A stretch of DNA of 64,000 nucleotides from a virus (Duplodnaviria; Caudoviricetes), in the IMG/VR virus record IMGVR_UViG_3300037067_009374, positions 1 to 64,000 of that record; one strand, given 5' to 3'. The notes under the pieces are model-generated. The model ran no database searches and had not been told where the DNA came from. It saw only the letters and a list, made by a program, of their open reading frames with translations. Each line of letters begins with the position of its first letter. Position 1 is the stretch's first letter. The translations under genes were made by a program, and so were the position numbers. This document shows positions 49,284 through 58,946 of the stretch, piece by piece.

Positions 49284-50039
49284 TTAGAAGTTATTAATAA
49301 CATAAAATATCCGTGCCCCAAAGATTAATTGGCTTCCACTGGTATAGTGTACGTTGTCAAGATATCTAGTAAGTCCTGAATTAGACACGATACGACATTG
49401 TTCATCCTCCTTACAGAAATCTTCTTGTGCTTGAGCTACATTAAAAACATATGTGTATGGAACTTCAAACACATCAGTTGGCACAATGAGTATCGGGATA
49501 GTTGTCCCCAAATGCCCACGTATGCCCGCTACCATATCTTGAAGATTGTCCTTGTAAGCCACTGCTTTGTTTACATCTACAGTGTCTCCTTCCCCTTGCA
49601 ACCATATAAAAGCTTTGTAGGTAACTTCTCGTTGACCTACTACCCAGTCGATAATAGCTAACAGTCTATCATAGTACACGCAATCCCTACACCACTGTTC
49701 TGCAAGGTTGGTCCCCCCCATACTTAACCGTATAACTATGTGGTCATCATTTGGGTAATTCACACCGAGTTGATAAGCTAGTAGAACCTCGGGTCCAAAA
49801 TTTTGTTGGTTTGCAAAGTTATAATATCGACTTATCCAACTGAAGTTGGGATAATCGGATTCTACCCAGTATTCCACATTATCGGGCACATTCTGACACC
49901 AGCCAGGAACATCCGCAGGGGAACCAGACATGGTATTGCTCTGCCCAGCTATTATCCACACCTTTGTTGCCGCGATACCAGTAGTAGGTATCATGAGCAA
50001 CACTAACACATAAATTATCATCCTGCTTATGGTCTTCAT
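49284..50039 (-). CDS. Secreted SGNH sialate O-acetylesterase/carbohydrate esterase (SASA)
   Basis: Signal peptide; AGQSN, FGPE, GGTNL, WLQGE and DNVHY motifs. Confidence 0.85.
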   Translation of the reverse strand: MKTISRMIIYVLVLLMIPTTGIAATKVWIIAGQSNTMSGSPADVPGWCQNVPDNVEYWVESDYPNFSWISRYYNFANQQNFGPEVLLAYQLGVNYPNDDHIVIRLSMGGTNLAEQWCRDCVYYDRLLAIIDWVVGQREVTYKAFIWLQGEGDTVDVNKAVAYKDNLQDMVAGIRGHLGTTIPILIVPTDVFEVPYTYVFNVAQAQEDFCKEDEQCRIVSNSGLTRYLDNVHYTSGSQLIFGARIFYVINNF

Positions 50040-50040
50040 T

Positions 50041-50667
50041 TTATCTCTCCTTTTTATTGCAAAATTCCTCGGGTTCGTCCGGCACGATTCGGACCTTCGC
50101 GGCTTGTGACTTAAGTGAATCCCACACTTCGTCCTCATTTACAGATTCAGCCTTGATATATATTCCACCACGCGTCATCAATACGAACAGATGTCGCTTC
50201 CCGTTTTGTCGGTAGTGATTTATGCATCCTACATCCCAGTCTTGCAGACTGGGTGAGTTCCACGCATCAAGCCTGCCCTGGAGCGCGGCAAGTTCGGCTT
50301 CAACCTTCTCCTTCGCCAGCTTACTCTGCCCGGCGTGGTGAAGAAACTGCTCGTTCTCGTACCCGCAGCACTCAAGCTTGTGCTGGGTATCGGCGAGTTC
50401 CTGTTTCGCGGCTTCATGGGCGGTACGTTCGGCGATTAATTCGCCTTCGCATTCCACTGCAAGAACTTGTTCAGCCTTAAACCATCGCCAGTTATCATCC
50501 GCTCTTGCGTTTGCCTCGTCCCGTTCGCGGGTGAAAGCAGCGAGTTGGTTGTGGAGACGGCGGATCTCGGCCACAACCTCCTTGAACTGGGACGCCCACG
50601 GTTCATAGTGGTAGCCGAAGTTTTCGCAAATTTGCTGCAATCTCGCTTCATCCATCGGTTCAGGCAT
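50041..50667 (-). CDS. Hypothetical coiled-coil protein (GC-rich)
   Basis: GC content well above the genome background; RBS present. Confidence 0.55.
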   Translation of the reverse strand: MPEPMDEARLQQICENFGYHYEPWASQFKEVVAEIRRLHNQLAAFTRERDEANARADDNWRWFKAEQVLAVECEGELIAERTAHEAAKQELADTQHKLECCGYENEQFLHHAGQSKLAKEKVEAELAALQGRLDAWNSPSLQDWDVGCINHYRQNGKRHLFVLMTRGGIYIKAESVNEDEVWDSLKSQAAKVRIVPDEPEEFCNKKER

Positions 50668-50668
50668 C

Positions 50669-52198
50669 TCATTTCCCTCCTCTTACAATCATCGAATCAA
50701 GGTTAACTTGTCCAATATTCAAATTTTGCAATACGTAACAATCATCCTCTTCATCATAATAATCGTGTCGATGAATAATTGTACCAACTCTAATAATTCC
50801 CAATCTTTTATCCTCTGCTGTTTGATTAATTGTTATGCCTGCATCTACATGTCCAAGTATAGCTCTGGCACGACCTATATTATCTTGCTTTAATTTTGGT
50901 AGATATAAAGCGTTGCTTGTGATCTGAGATGGTGCAATAAGCAGATAATTCTTTTCTGATGCTCTACCAACTATCTGCATCCATGTTTCATTTATTGATT
51001 CCCAGTCTTGCTTTTTATTATGAGATGGAATAGTTATTTCAGGATAATCCCAAATAAGCACTCTATATTTAAATCCAAGTACATGTTCAAGAATATCTAA
51101 ATCCCTAAATGCATCATCAACAGATGCACCAAATCTAGGATAGCAGATAATTCTTAGATTATCATCCCCCATGAACTTCCCATATTCTCTTACTTTTCCA
51201 TAAACTGTATCATAAGAAAAAGATGGTCTTTCATATGATTCATACCAGTGTGCTCTTTCATAAGCTCTTGGATCATTTGTTCTACACCATGTACATTTAC
51301 GATAAGGAAGATCAGGGGAATATTGAGGAATATTCCCCTCTTCATTCAACAATGTATGGGCATTAGTTCTTTCTGCTCTATTGCACAAACCATTTTGATT
51401 TAGCTTGCAATCAAAAGAAGGGTAAACAAATACTCCCCCTTCTTTATCACCTGCTATAATTCTTTTATACAACCTTTTATTCATGTCCCTTTTTTTCATT
51501 TCAAAAGACATTACAGCAGTAGGAATATTTTGAGAGGAAGTAATAAAAGCAAACTCATTACAAAGATTAGTTTTACCTTTCTTGTAACCTGCTGCTACAA
51601 GAATAGACCATCCGAAATCAAGTCCCCCTATAAATTCACCAAGATCACCTGGTAACTTAACTGGTCTATCTTCTCGTTCAAAAGCATCTACAATTTGAGA
51701 AGGATCAAAAGGATTGTACCAACCCGAAGATATTTTACTTATCTTTTTAACACCATTTATTTCTGCATCTGCATCTTCAACTCTATCCTGATCACAGTAA
51801 GCAAGAGCATTTTTTGCCCTTATTTCGATCTCTCGCTTTTTGAAGTATCTTAGAGCTTGTGTCAGAAGATATTCTTCGTTGAAATAAACGAGGTTTTCAT
51901 ATTCCCTTGATATGGAAGATAAGAAGATGCTTAACAACTCAGCTTCATCTTTCCTTAGTGCTTCCTTCTTACTTTCAAAGATTTGTTGAATGTTAAGTTT
52001 TGGTGCCTCGTTATAAGCAGCATAATAATTTTCTATCCAACTTGATATTGTCTTAGCATACTCTGCTTTGAAATAAGCAGGTTCAATACAGTGTAGGGTA
52101 TTTCTTAGAAAGTCTGTGCTTACAATCATACCTGTTATGATCTGTTTCTCGATTGAAGCATCTATTATATAGCGGTCTAGCCCCTCTTCGAACGCCAT
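50669..52198 (-). CDS. DnaB-like replicative helicase with Cys-rich insertion
   Basis: AGYKKGKT Walker A, SFEM, IWDYP, PSQ motifs; inserted CxxxxxxxC...CTWC. Confidence 0.8.
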   Translation of the reverse strand: MAFEEGLDRYIIDASIEKQIITGMIVSTDFLRNTLHCIEPAYFKAEYAKTISSWIENYYAAYNEAPKLNIQQIFESKKEALRKDEAELLSIFLSSISREYENLVYFNEEYLLTQALRYFKKREIEIRAKNALAYCDQDRVEDADAEINGVKKISKISSGWYNPFDPSQIVDAFEREDRPVKLPGDLGEFIGGLDFGWSILVAAGYKKGKTNLCNEFAFITSSQNIPTAVMSFEMKKRDMNKRLYKRIIAGDKEGGVFVYPSFDCKLNQNGLCNRAERTNAHTLLNEEGNIPQYSPDLPYRKCTWCRTNDPRAYERAHWYESYERPSFSYDTVYGKVREYGKFMGDDNLRIICYPRFGASVDDAFRDLDILEHVLGFKYRVLIWDYPEITIPSHNKKQDWESINETWMQIVGRASEKNYLLIAPSQITSNALYLPKLKQDNIGRARAILGHVDAGITINQTAEDKRLGIIRVGTIIHRHDYYDEEDDCYVLQNLNIGQVNLDSMIVRGGK

Positions 52199-52199
52199 A

Positions 52200-52460
52200 T
52201 TATTTATGCTCCTTATCTGTTTGTAATTCTTTTAATTGTGTTTCAAGGGAATTACTAAGTCCTTGAACATACACATCTGAAGATGCTTTGAGTATATCCA
52301 CTACATTATTTAAAGAATAAACAAATAGATCAAAATCAACGTCACTACCACATTGATTACAATGTGGTTCTTTAGAAGAGGAATATTCTGCGATTCTCAC
52401 AATATGTTTGCCTGATTTTGTTTTAGGGCACCCACTTGATCCTTCAACAATAATATCCAT
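52200..52460 (-). CDS. Small zinc-binding hypothetical protein
   Basis: C...H...HCNQC. Confidence 0.45.
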   Translation of the reverse strand: MDIIVEGSSGCPKTKSGKHIVRIAEYSSSKEPHCNQCGSDVDFDLFVYSLNNVVDILKASSDVYVQGLSNSLETQLKELQTDKEHK

Positions 52461-52471
52461 ATTTATGCTCC

Positions 52472-53974
52472 TTATCTGTAGATTGAGAAGTGTTCTTGTC
52501 CATTACCTTCCCCTTTCAAATAATTATTAGCAGCAAGATAAGCTGGAAGTCTTCTACTAAAAGTAAGATCAGAACAAAAGAAACCAGGTGTTATATCTGC
52601 TATACTTGTTCGCATAGACTTGGTTTCTTGTTCAATAGCTAACCACAACAAATCAACTTGCTTATTAACATCTTTTGCAATCCCTGATACCTTTTTACTA
52701 TTCACTTCAAAAAAAGTACTCAGTTTTGAGGCAGCTAATATAAACTTACTCCTCTCAGGAGTAGTTGGTTCATATTCAAAACCTTTTAAAACTTCTTTTT
52801 TATACTTGCCTATAATCAGAGTAGTAATGTTTGGGTTGTAGTCAATTTCTTTTTCTCTTACAGGTTTAGGTTCATTACTTAACATTGTTATGAACAGAGA
52901 TTTAGATTTAGAATAGGGATTATAAAGAAAGTCGTGAATAGTTATCTTTTCAAGGTAAGATTTATTTAGGGGGTAATAATCAGGAGACATTGATAGCTTT
53001 AATCTATTGACTGATGATATGAAGTCTGGTAGAGTATAAGATTTAACAGGAAATTCTGTGTCTTTGAAAATATTACCGGTTATGAGATTCTTTAAAGCTT
53101 TCACTGTATAAGAAAACTGATTAGTTCCATTATGTGATACTTTAAAGCCATTAGATTCCCAAACAGCAATAAATGGTTTAATTGTTTCTGGGACAAAAGT
53201 AGTTGATGGTTTTTTATTATTTTTTGATTTTTCTGCTTGAGTTTCTTTTAGATCAGTATTACATTCGTTTATGTAAGATTTCTCCCTAGCCCCCACAGAC
53301 CCCCGAACTGTTGGGGGCTTTTCTTTTTTATTTTCTTCATTTTGATTTTGGTCATCAGAGCTTTGCTTTTCAGAGTTTTTAATTCTCTTCGAGGGGAGAA
53401 CGAAGTCCTTCTGGACTTCTTGTTCATTATCTTTTTTTGTCTTTATAAAAAAAGATAATGAACTTTTATTTACTTCTTCTTTCTGCTTATCTTTTTTGCT
53501 AATACCCCTTATCTTTTCTGATAACCCCCCTTCCCCATCCGCTTCATTAAATACTCCATCTTTACACTGTAAGAATGCTTTTGATATATTATCAAGAACA
53601 ACAAAATTCCCTGAGTTAATTATTTCATTTATTAAAATTACAACCTTTGAATATCTTTCATGGAAAGTATCATCAACAAATATTTGGCGCTCTGTTTCTT
53701 GGGTTTGATTATTTTTTTGTATATATTTTATTGTGATGTATTTGAAGTCAAGGAGATTTTTAATTGATAGAGAAACCTTAGTTGGGATTTGATTTGTAAA
53801 GTTACCTAAATAACGATTTGAAGCAAAACAACCTCTTCTACCTGATTTTGCAAGATTGTTTATAAATCCAAATAATAGTTTCTCTGTTGAAGAGATATGA
53901 GGATTGAATAAAACTTCTCCAGGAATATAGACACCAATAAAACCAGGTCGAACTTGATTGTTTTCTTCTACCAT
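52472..53974 (-). CDS. Replication initiator protein (N-terminal HTH)
   Basis: IPGEVL...ISSTEKLLFGFI...GCFASNRYLG...ISKNL..FKYI-type winged helix; lies upstream of the DnaB-like gene. Confidence 0.75.
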   Translation of the reverse strand: MVEENNQVRPGFIGVYIPGEVLFNPHISSTEKLLFGFINNLAKSGRRGCFASNRYLGNFTNQIPTKVSLSIKNLLDFKYITIKYIQKNNQTQETERQIFVDDTFHERYSKVVILINEIINSGNFVVLDNISKAFLQCKDGVFNEADGEGGLSEKIRGISKKDKQKEEVNKSSLSFFIKTKKDNEQEVQKDFVLPSKRIKNSEKQSSDDQNQNEENKKEKPPTVRGSVGAREKSYINECNTDLKETQAEKSKNNKKPSTTFVPETIKPFIAVWESNGFKVSHNGTNQFSYTVKALKNLITGNIFKDTEFPVKSYTLPDFISSVNRLKLSMSPDYYPLNKSYLEKITIHDFLYNPYSKSKSLFITMLSNEPKPVREKEIDYNPNITTLIIGKYKKEVLKGFEYEPTTPERSKFILAASKLSTFFEVNSKKVSGIAKDVNKQVDLLWLAIEQETKSMRTSIADITPGFFCSDLTFSRRLPAYLAANNYLKGEGNGQEHFSIYR

Positions 53975-54113
53975 TTTCTTTTCCCTCTGGAATCTGTATT
54001 TATAGATGAGTATTTTGGAAAAGTTAACAAATTACTTGTTTGTTTCAGAGGGATTGTGTTGAATGAAACATATTTCTTATTATTCCCCCGAATAAATAGA
54101 GTAGACATTAAGC

Positions 54114-54140
54114 ATGATACATCTTTTAAAAGAAAATTTT
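54114..54140 (-). promoter_or_regulatory. Putative promoter upstream of the initiator gene (AAAATTTTC-N9-ATGTATCAT)
   Basis: Variant of the repeated motif at the same spacing. Confidence 0.4.
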
Positions 54141-54434
54141 ATAAAAAACCGTTAGAAAAATAATATCTTGATTGTGCTTATATCCCACTCAATAGAAAAC
54201 ATCTATTTATGTGGAATAGTTGATCTGTTGCTCTGCAAGTGGATTCATCACAGATTTTGATAGTACATTTTTTGCATGACTTGGCCCAAACAATATTAGG
54301 GGAATGAAAAGAAATTATTTTCACCATGAAAGCAGAAGGGGTCATTAAAGTTCGGACAATTACTTTTCTTCCAACTCTTATTTTTTCTCCACGATCATTG
54401 ATTGCTTCTGTCATTTGGGATACATCAATTTCTT

Positions 54435-54998
54435 TCATTGAATTTCCTTCCTTGTATATTGTTTTTTCTCATAAGATTTAAGGTCAAGCAACAAAGGTCC
54501 ATCTACTATCTTAGCAAGGTTATACTGATCTTTACCAATTCTAGCCCTGATAGCAGTTTGGGATTTTTTGAGTATTTCTGACGCCTCTTCGATAGTTACC
54601 CATGTACCAGGAGGTAATTTAGACTTATTTCTGTACAGTTTTGCTTTCGAATATATTCCCATGACCGGTTCCCTCTTTTCTTTATTAAGAATTTTTGTCC
54701 ATCTTTCATATGCCCAACCTTTCTTTGGTTTTTTTGGCATACGGAAAGGTTTCTTTTTTACTATCTTTGGTTGTATTTCCTCCTTGGACAAAGGTTTCCT
54801 TTTCGATCTTCTTATTAAAGGAAGTATGATTATAACAGGTGATTCTTGTTTAATCATTATAGGTTTTGTTTCTTCTACTTTTTTCTTCTTTAGTGGTTTT
54901 GCAGCACATTTATCATCACAATAAAACTCTTTTACATTATCTGGAGCACCTGTCACATCAAGGAACATTCCACATCTTTTGCATAGTTCAACACGCAT
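54435..54998 (-). CDS. Basic protein with N-terminal zinc finger and C-terminal HTH
   Basis: CKRC...YCDDKC; VTIEEASEILKKSQTAIRARI excisionase-like HTH. Confidence 0.6.
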   Translation of the reverse strand: MRVELCKRCGMFLDVTGAPDNVKEFYCDDKCAAKPLKKKKVEETKPIMIKQESPVIIILPLIRRSKRKPLSKEEIQPKIVKKKPFRMPKKPKKGWAYERWTKILNKEKREPVMGIYSKAKLYRNKSKLPPGTWVTIEEASEILKKSQTAIRARIGKDQYNLAKIVDGPLLLDLKSYEKKQYTRKEIQ

Positions 54999-55203
54999 TT
55001 TACACCTGTTTCATATGGTCTTCAACTAAATTCATTAAGATACCTTTCGCTCCTGGGTCACATGGACAGGCTACATGTAAGCCGTAAACTGATATTATTT
55101 CTTTGCACAGTTTATTTCCTTCTTTAGCATTTTTAATTATTTCATCTTTGTTTGCTTTAAGGTAATCATAAACTTGTTCCATTGAATTTATACAGATCAT
55201 TTT

Positions 55204-56136
55204 TCACCTCCCAAATATATCCTTTCTAAGGTATTTTACTTCATCATCATTCAATTCATCAGGATCATCTTTTGGAATAGAATATCTTATCACTCGCTTT
55301 ATAAGCGGAGCAAGTTGCCAAGCAAGTTTATCTGCTCTTGCTTGAGCTAAGTCACCAGCATCATAAAGAATTACAGCAGTAGTAAGTTTTTTAGCTAAAA
55401 TAAGTAATTGAGCGGTAGTAAACTCTACTCCAAATGTTGCAAGAGCCCCATCACCAATACGCCATTGATCAAATGTGCCTTCAACAATTGCTCCAGTTGT
55501 CCCAGTTAAATCATCTATGCCGTAAACACATTCTTTGGAAAACATGATAGATTCAGCTTGTGACAGTGCAAGGTATGATTCTTCTGCAAGCTCAGTAACA
55601 TCTTTAGCAATAAAAGTTACCATCTTACCTTCTTGATATACAGGTATAATTATTCTGTATTTGTATTTCCCTGTATATCCACAAGCATAAAGATCATATT
55701 TGTCGATCACATATTCTGGATCGTATCTCCTTTTCTTTAAAAAGTTTAGATGGCAATCAAGAAACTCTTTTGAAAACTCTGGTAATATAATACTGCTATT
55801 TGGATCTTTTCTTATGATTGGTCTTTCTCTCATAAGATGAATTAATGAACGATCTTGGTACTTTTCAATGATACTTATTATTCGATCATGGCTACATCTT
55901 TCTATTATTTTGATTAGATCATAGATATTCCCTTTCTTGCCACATCTCCAACATGATATGAAGTTTCTTTGGAAACGTGAATCGCTCATGTTTATTCCAA
56001 GGTGAGTTTCGGGGTCATCCTTACAGAATGGACAAGCCACACCTATCCAGTTAGAAGAAACATCTTTACCCTCAGTTCTGTAAGGAATTCCCCTCTTTAT
56101 CAAGTATGATAAAGTATCAAAGGTTTCAATGTTCAT
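55204..56136 (-). CDS. DNA primase (zinc-binding domain plus Toprim)
   Basis: CPFC...CWRCGKKG; RIIIP; IVEGTFD; KDDPDE. Confidence 0.88.
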   Translation of the reverse strand: MNIETFDTLSYLIKRGIPYRTEGKDVSSNWIGVACPFCKDDPETHLGINMSDSRFQRNFISCWRCGKKGNIYDLIKIIERCSHDRIISIIEKYQDRSLIHLMRERPIIRKDPNSSIILPEFSKEFLDCHLNFLKKRRYDPEYVIDKYDLYACGYTGKYKYRIIIPVYQEGKMVTFIAKDVTELAEESYLALSQAESIMFSKECVYGIDDLTGTTGAIVEGTFDQWRIGDGALATFGVEFTTAQLLILAKKLTTAVILYDAGDLAQARADKLAWQLAPLIKRVIRYSIPKDDPDELNDDEVKYLRKDIFGR

Positions 56137-57160
56137 CTTTAATCTTTTGGCATTTATCACATAAATCATCATGTGGTGGAATAGGTTCATTACAAATGTC
56201 ACAAGGTCTACAGTGATCGTGACAATACCCAGGTATTAAATCTGGTTCATCACATCTATACTGAACACCATTTAGATATACAATAGCTTTACATGTCATA
56301 TTTATTTTATCTTCCTTTCACAGTGTGGACTCACATTAACTTCTTTTAAATACATTTCACTTACCCATAATGGGTATTGTTCTGGATAAAGGCAAATTTC
56401 CATGATGTGAATGTTGTGGTTGTGTTTTTGTAAATACAAGACAGAAGCTAACCCCCCATTCTGCTTCTGTTGCCTCTTTATTATATTTCTTGATAAGTTC
56501 AGGTGTCCGCGGTTTGATATAGAATGAATTAGACTTGTGACATTGCCCACATAAACAATCAATTAGATACATCAACTGTTCAACTGGTGGACATTTCCCT
56601 GGTTCACGATGATCCCCATATTTCATGCACAGCATTATTTTTTTATTCTCCTTTCATAAGTCAACAAAGTTTGATCATTATTGTTTTGGTAATTAAAGTC
56701 AAAAGTAATTATTTCTTTTATTCCATTTTCTCTCCCATCTTCCCCTATAAATTGACTACATTCATCTCTTTTGTTTATTGTTTGTTTCCAATAAAAAGAG
56801 TTTCCTTTCTTTTTACACTTTTCACTAAGAAAATTGTTCAACATACGCGGTATTACTACATTTTCTTCGTTAAATTGCCATTGACCTTTAGAATGATAAG
56901 GTGGTCCAAGCACAGTTCTGCAATATCTATCAAGATGATATTTAGCTTCCTCTTCAGTTTCGTAAGGACCACATGTATGATAAGCTTCATCATACATAAA
57001 CCATTTTCCATTTTCTTTATATGGATTCTTTAAAGGCTCGTTCTTCATTTATTTTTTCCTCTCTCCTAGAAGTATTTGTCATACATCTGCAAAGACTTAT
57101 AATCATTACTCCTATAAATATACCAATAATAAGTCCGATAATGAATGTCATTTCCCCCTC

Positions 57161-57952
57161 TCAATCTATTCTCATTAAAGCTTCAAGTTCATCAATGTCT
57201 TTTTGAGTAAGTCCTTCTCCATTATTAGCTAGAGCAAGGAATTCAACAAGCTTTGCACGGTAATCAGCATCTCTTTCATCCCAGTCAAGAAATAGTTTTA
57301 AACAATTAAACGGTGGTAACCAATAACCTTTTCGTGCATATTTCATGCATCGAAGGGTAGAAGATATAGGACAATGAATATTTTTCAATCGAAGTATTCT
57401 TGCTCCTTCATCATGTATGAAATCAGCATCGACAAGAGCAAGAGTATGGTCAAGTAATCCTGCTCTTATCACTGTAAAATCAAAGTTAGTAAGTATTTCT
57501 TCCATTGAGCCGAATGATACTACTCTACCTTCTTTCAAAGGTTTTATCAATTGTATTGGGGGTGAAGCAAAGAAAGGATGATCTGAACTTGTTGGTCTTT
57601 GGTAGGTGATTGAAATATCATTTTCATGTTTTATGGTTAGAGCAATGTCAGTTCTTTTGAAAAGTTTTTTTACTTTTTCAAATACCTCTTCATTCATGCA
57701 GTAAATATCAACATCACTTGCTGGGGATGGATCGTGTCTTGGTGAGCACATGTAACGAACATATCCGCCACAAATAAAAGCATCTCTCTTAATTTCTTTC
57801 TTTAGTTCATTGTGGAGTTGTTCAATCTCTGTAAATCCTCTGAATACTAGAACTTTTTCAAATCCTTCTTTTGATACATATTTAGGTTTCTTTCTTTCTT
57901 CTTTTTCTGGCTCTTCTGATGGAGTAAGTTCAGTGTCATTAAGATTGGTCAT
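57161..57952 (-). CDS. Nucleotidyltransferase (poly(A) polymerase/CCA-head-like)
   Basis: FICGGYVR...SDVDIY...IQLI...FDFTV...RCMKYARKGY. Confidence 0.7.
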   Translation of the reverse strand: MTNLNDTELTPSEEPEKEERKKPKYVSKEGFEKVLVFRGFTEIEQLHNELKKEIKRDAFICGGYVRYMCSPRHDPSPASDVDIYCMNEEVFEKVKKLFKRTDIALTIKHENDISITYQRPTSSDHPFFASPPIQLIKPLKEGRVVSFGSMEEILTNFDFTVIRAGLLDHTLALVDADFIHDEGARILRLKNIHCPISSTLRCMKYARKGYWLPPFNCLKLFLDWDERDADYRAKLVEFLALANNGEGLTQKDIDELEALMRID

Positions 57953-58343
57953 GCTTTTTCTCCTCTTCAATTTCTTGTTTAATTGCAATTTTTACTTTGG
58001 ATTCAATGTCATCATAAATCTTTCGAGCTAATTGGTTCCTCCAACTTGTTCTTGTCCATGTTTGTACATTCGTTATAATACCAATGTATTTTTTAATTAC
58101 TTTCAAGGTCAATAGAGATTTTTTGTTCCCACTTTCATATGTTCTAAAAAAGAAAGGTCCAAAATGAGATTCGTAAATACAGAGTCTTTCATAGAACTCC
58201 ATATAATTTGTAGCAGTTATTCCTCTCATTTTAACTGCCAAACAAGCTTGTATCACACCTGTTGTAACTTCTTTTAATTTACCTTTACCATTGTACAGTT
58301 TTTTGTAGTTGTTAACTTTTTGTAGATTCCAACTAAGAGACAT
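57939..58343 (-). CDS. Hypothetical protein
   Basis: ORF with GAGG RBS. Confidence 0.5.
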   Translation of the reverse strand: MSLSWNLQKVNNYKKLYNGKGKLKEVTTGVIQACLAVKMRGITATNYMEFYERLCIYESHFGPFFFRTYESGNKKSLLTLKVIKKYIGIITNVQTWTRTSWRNQLARKIYDDIESKVKIAIKQEIEEEKKHDQS

Positions 58344-58370
58344 AATTACACCTCATAACTTTTCTATCTT

Positions 58371-58787
58371 TTATTTCCATAATTCTGCATGTTTTTTGAT
58401 TAGTTTGATCACTGTTAAATATTCATGGTAATTTTTGTCATCTTTAGATTTTTTTCTTAAAGCTTTTTTAAATTCAGATAAAGTATTTTTGAAACACCCT
58501 GTTTGTATTACAATTTCCTTCTCTGTAAAGAATGCAATTAAGTTATCTTGTCTGGAACCTATTGGATTTATTTGTAATATAGGTCTATTTGTTTTTAATT
58601 TTCCAAATTTTCCTAAATCAGCCCATCGCAAATCCGCTCCTTGCAAATCCACTCTTTGCAAATTAGCTCCTTGCAAATTAGCCTCTCGCAGATCAGCCTC
58701 TCGCAGATTAGCCCCTTCACCATCTTCTTTACCATTCAACCAAAGTTCATGCTTCCTCAATACTTCTTGTAATTCTTCTACTTTCAT
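58371..58787 (-). CDS. Pentapeptide repeat protein
   Basis: ANLREADLREANLQGANLQ...; GSR...IQTGCF C-terminal domain. Confidence 0.9.
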   Translation of the reverse strand: MKVEELQEVLRKHELWLNGKEDGEGANLREADLREANLQGANLQRVDLQGADLRWADLGKFGKLKTNRPILQINPIGSRQDNLIAFFTEKEIVIQTGCFKNTLSEFKKALRKKSKDDKNYHEYLTVIKLIKKHAELWK

Positions 58788-58946
58788 TTTTTCTCCTTTT
58801 AAAATTAGATTTTATAGCATAGATATGTTAACAATGTACCACTACACAAAAATACAAAAGCTTGTATTAAATAACCTTGATTAGAGAAAGGTAATGATAT
58901 AACAATAGCTATAATTAAGATTATGAAATGTATTATTGTTTTCATA

